From Eledone cirrhosa (taxonomy: Eukaryota), in NCBI GenBank assembly GCA_964016885.1, contig OZ024744.1, positions 50,654,001 through 50,718,000 on the forward strand: DNA of 64,000 nt, given 5' to 3'. The notes beneath the pieces are model-generated. The model was not told the DNA's origin, did no database searches, and saw only the letters and a list, made by a program, of their open reading frames with translations. Every line of letters begins with the position of its first letter. The stretch's first letter is position 1. Shown here piece after piece: positions 62,756-64,000 of this stretch. A program made the translations under genes and the position numbers.

Positions 62756-64000
62756 AACATTTATTCATCATCGTAATTTTTTTAAATATTAGATACATTG
62801 GCGTATAAGAAAAAAAAATCGCTTTGGGAAATGTAACTTATAGTGTGAACATCCGGTTAATTCTAAAGTGCGTCTGTTATCTTTAATAATGAGAAAGTTA
62901 TATTACCAAATCCCTCCAAATTCCTGATTATTTTCAAAAGTATTTGGAAATCAAGAATAGTCTTTTATTAGAAATATGGTAATGAAAGGTGTTTATAATT
63001 ATATAAAAACTTTCCATCATAATTTTATGTAAGAACCTTATGTTCCAAAACCCAACTGACAATGAGAAAGTTGTTTATATTAATAAAACTTTCCAAATTA
63101 TTGATTATTTAAAAAATTAGTCAATGCCTTTCATTAGAAATATGGTAACGAAAGGTTTAAAGTGTTTAATTATCTACAAAACCTTCCATCAGAATTTTAT
63201 GTAAGAACCTTAAGCTATATTCTTAACACCAGCTTGATGATAACAAAGATAGTTATATTAATAAAACTCTCTAAATTCTTGGCTATTTTCAAACTTATTT
63301 GAAAAACAACAGGCAGTCTTTCGTTATTCATACAGAGTAACGAAAGAGTTAATTTTAAAGGGTATTATATAGATTTTCCAGTTTGTCGTGATCTACCAGC
63401 TCTGCACTGACTGACGTTAAATTGATTAAATAAATAAATAAACCAAGAATGTTACAATGACTGAATTAGTGCTCCTGTTGGTGTTGAAAATGTTAAACGA
63501 CACCACACCTATTTAACTAACTACCTATCAATCTGTCTATCTATCTATGTATCTGTCCATCTATCTATCAATCCCTCTACCTATCTATCTGTCTGCCTGT
63601 GTATTTTACCACCTCTACACGGACGGATGTTTAAATTCAATGTATAAAAGATTAAATAAATAGATAGATATAAAAAAAAATCTATCGAATATAATACTCT
63701 TTGGTGGCCGTTTGCTGAAAAACAAACCCACACACACAGGCAGACGAAGTATCGAATGTCAAATCAAATATATTATCATCTTTGGGGACGGACATTTATC
63801 ATGGCGGCCATCTTTGGTCGGTGGGGTGGTAAGCGTTTTTCAAAGATACTATCTTTTCAATTGACACCTAGCGTTAGTTATGGTCGGCCGTATGTGTATT
63901 TATATTTATACACACACAAAACGTGTGTGTGACGCTGGAACCAACGGGAGTTCCAATACACACAGAGATGTATATATATATTATATACTGATGAAAAATC

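Overview
AT-rich animal genomic DNA, very rich in microsatellites and transposons. The repeat repertoire is typical of an octopus or other coleoid cephalopod (inference). The window lies inside a large + strand gene, a neurobeachin/LRBA (BEACH-family) orthologue. Five exons are visible (7626-7734, 11625-11791, 12448-12569, 16721-16864, 19147-19283). They have consistent splice phases and encode DUF1088 and the first half of the PH domain. After 19283 an intron of at least 44.7 kb runs off the window. The introns hold a near full-length CR1 LINE with an intact PHD-finger ORF1, a second CR1, RTE and BovB-like LINEs, two clades of Penelope-like elements (PLEs), an R4/Dong fragment, tRNA-derived SINEs, piggyBac-type MITEs, a non-autonomous Helitron and several satellites. 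Most notable: (1) a textbook-looking recursive splice site (polypyrimidine-CAG|GTAAGA followed by a 44-49 nt poison exon) at 62700/62701, deep in the giant intron; (2) up to four families of minimal hammerhead ribozymes in PLE termini, including a non-canonical CAGAAGA-core candidate; (3) the giant intron appears to be the one that hosts nested Mab21 genes in other animals; (4) a very homogeneous 40-bp x 41 satellite born at a hairpin inside a SINE. All calls come from manual reading; no database searches were run.
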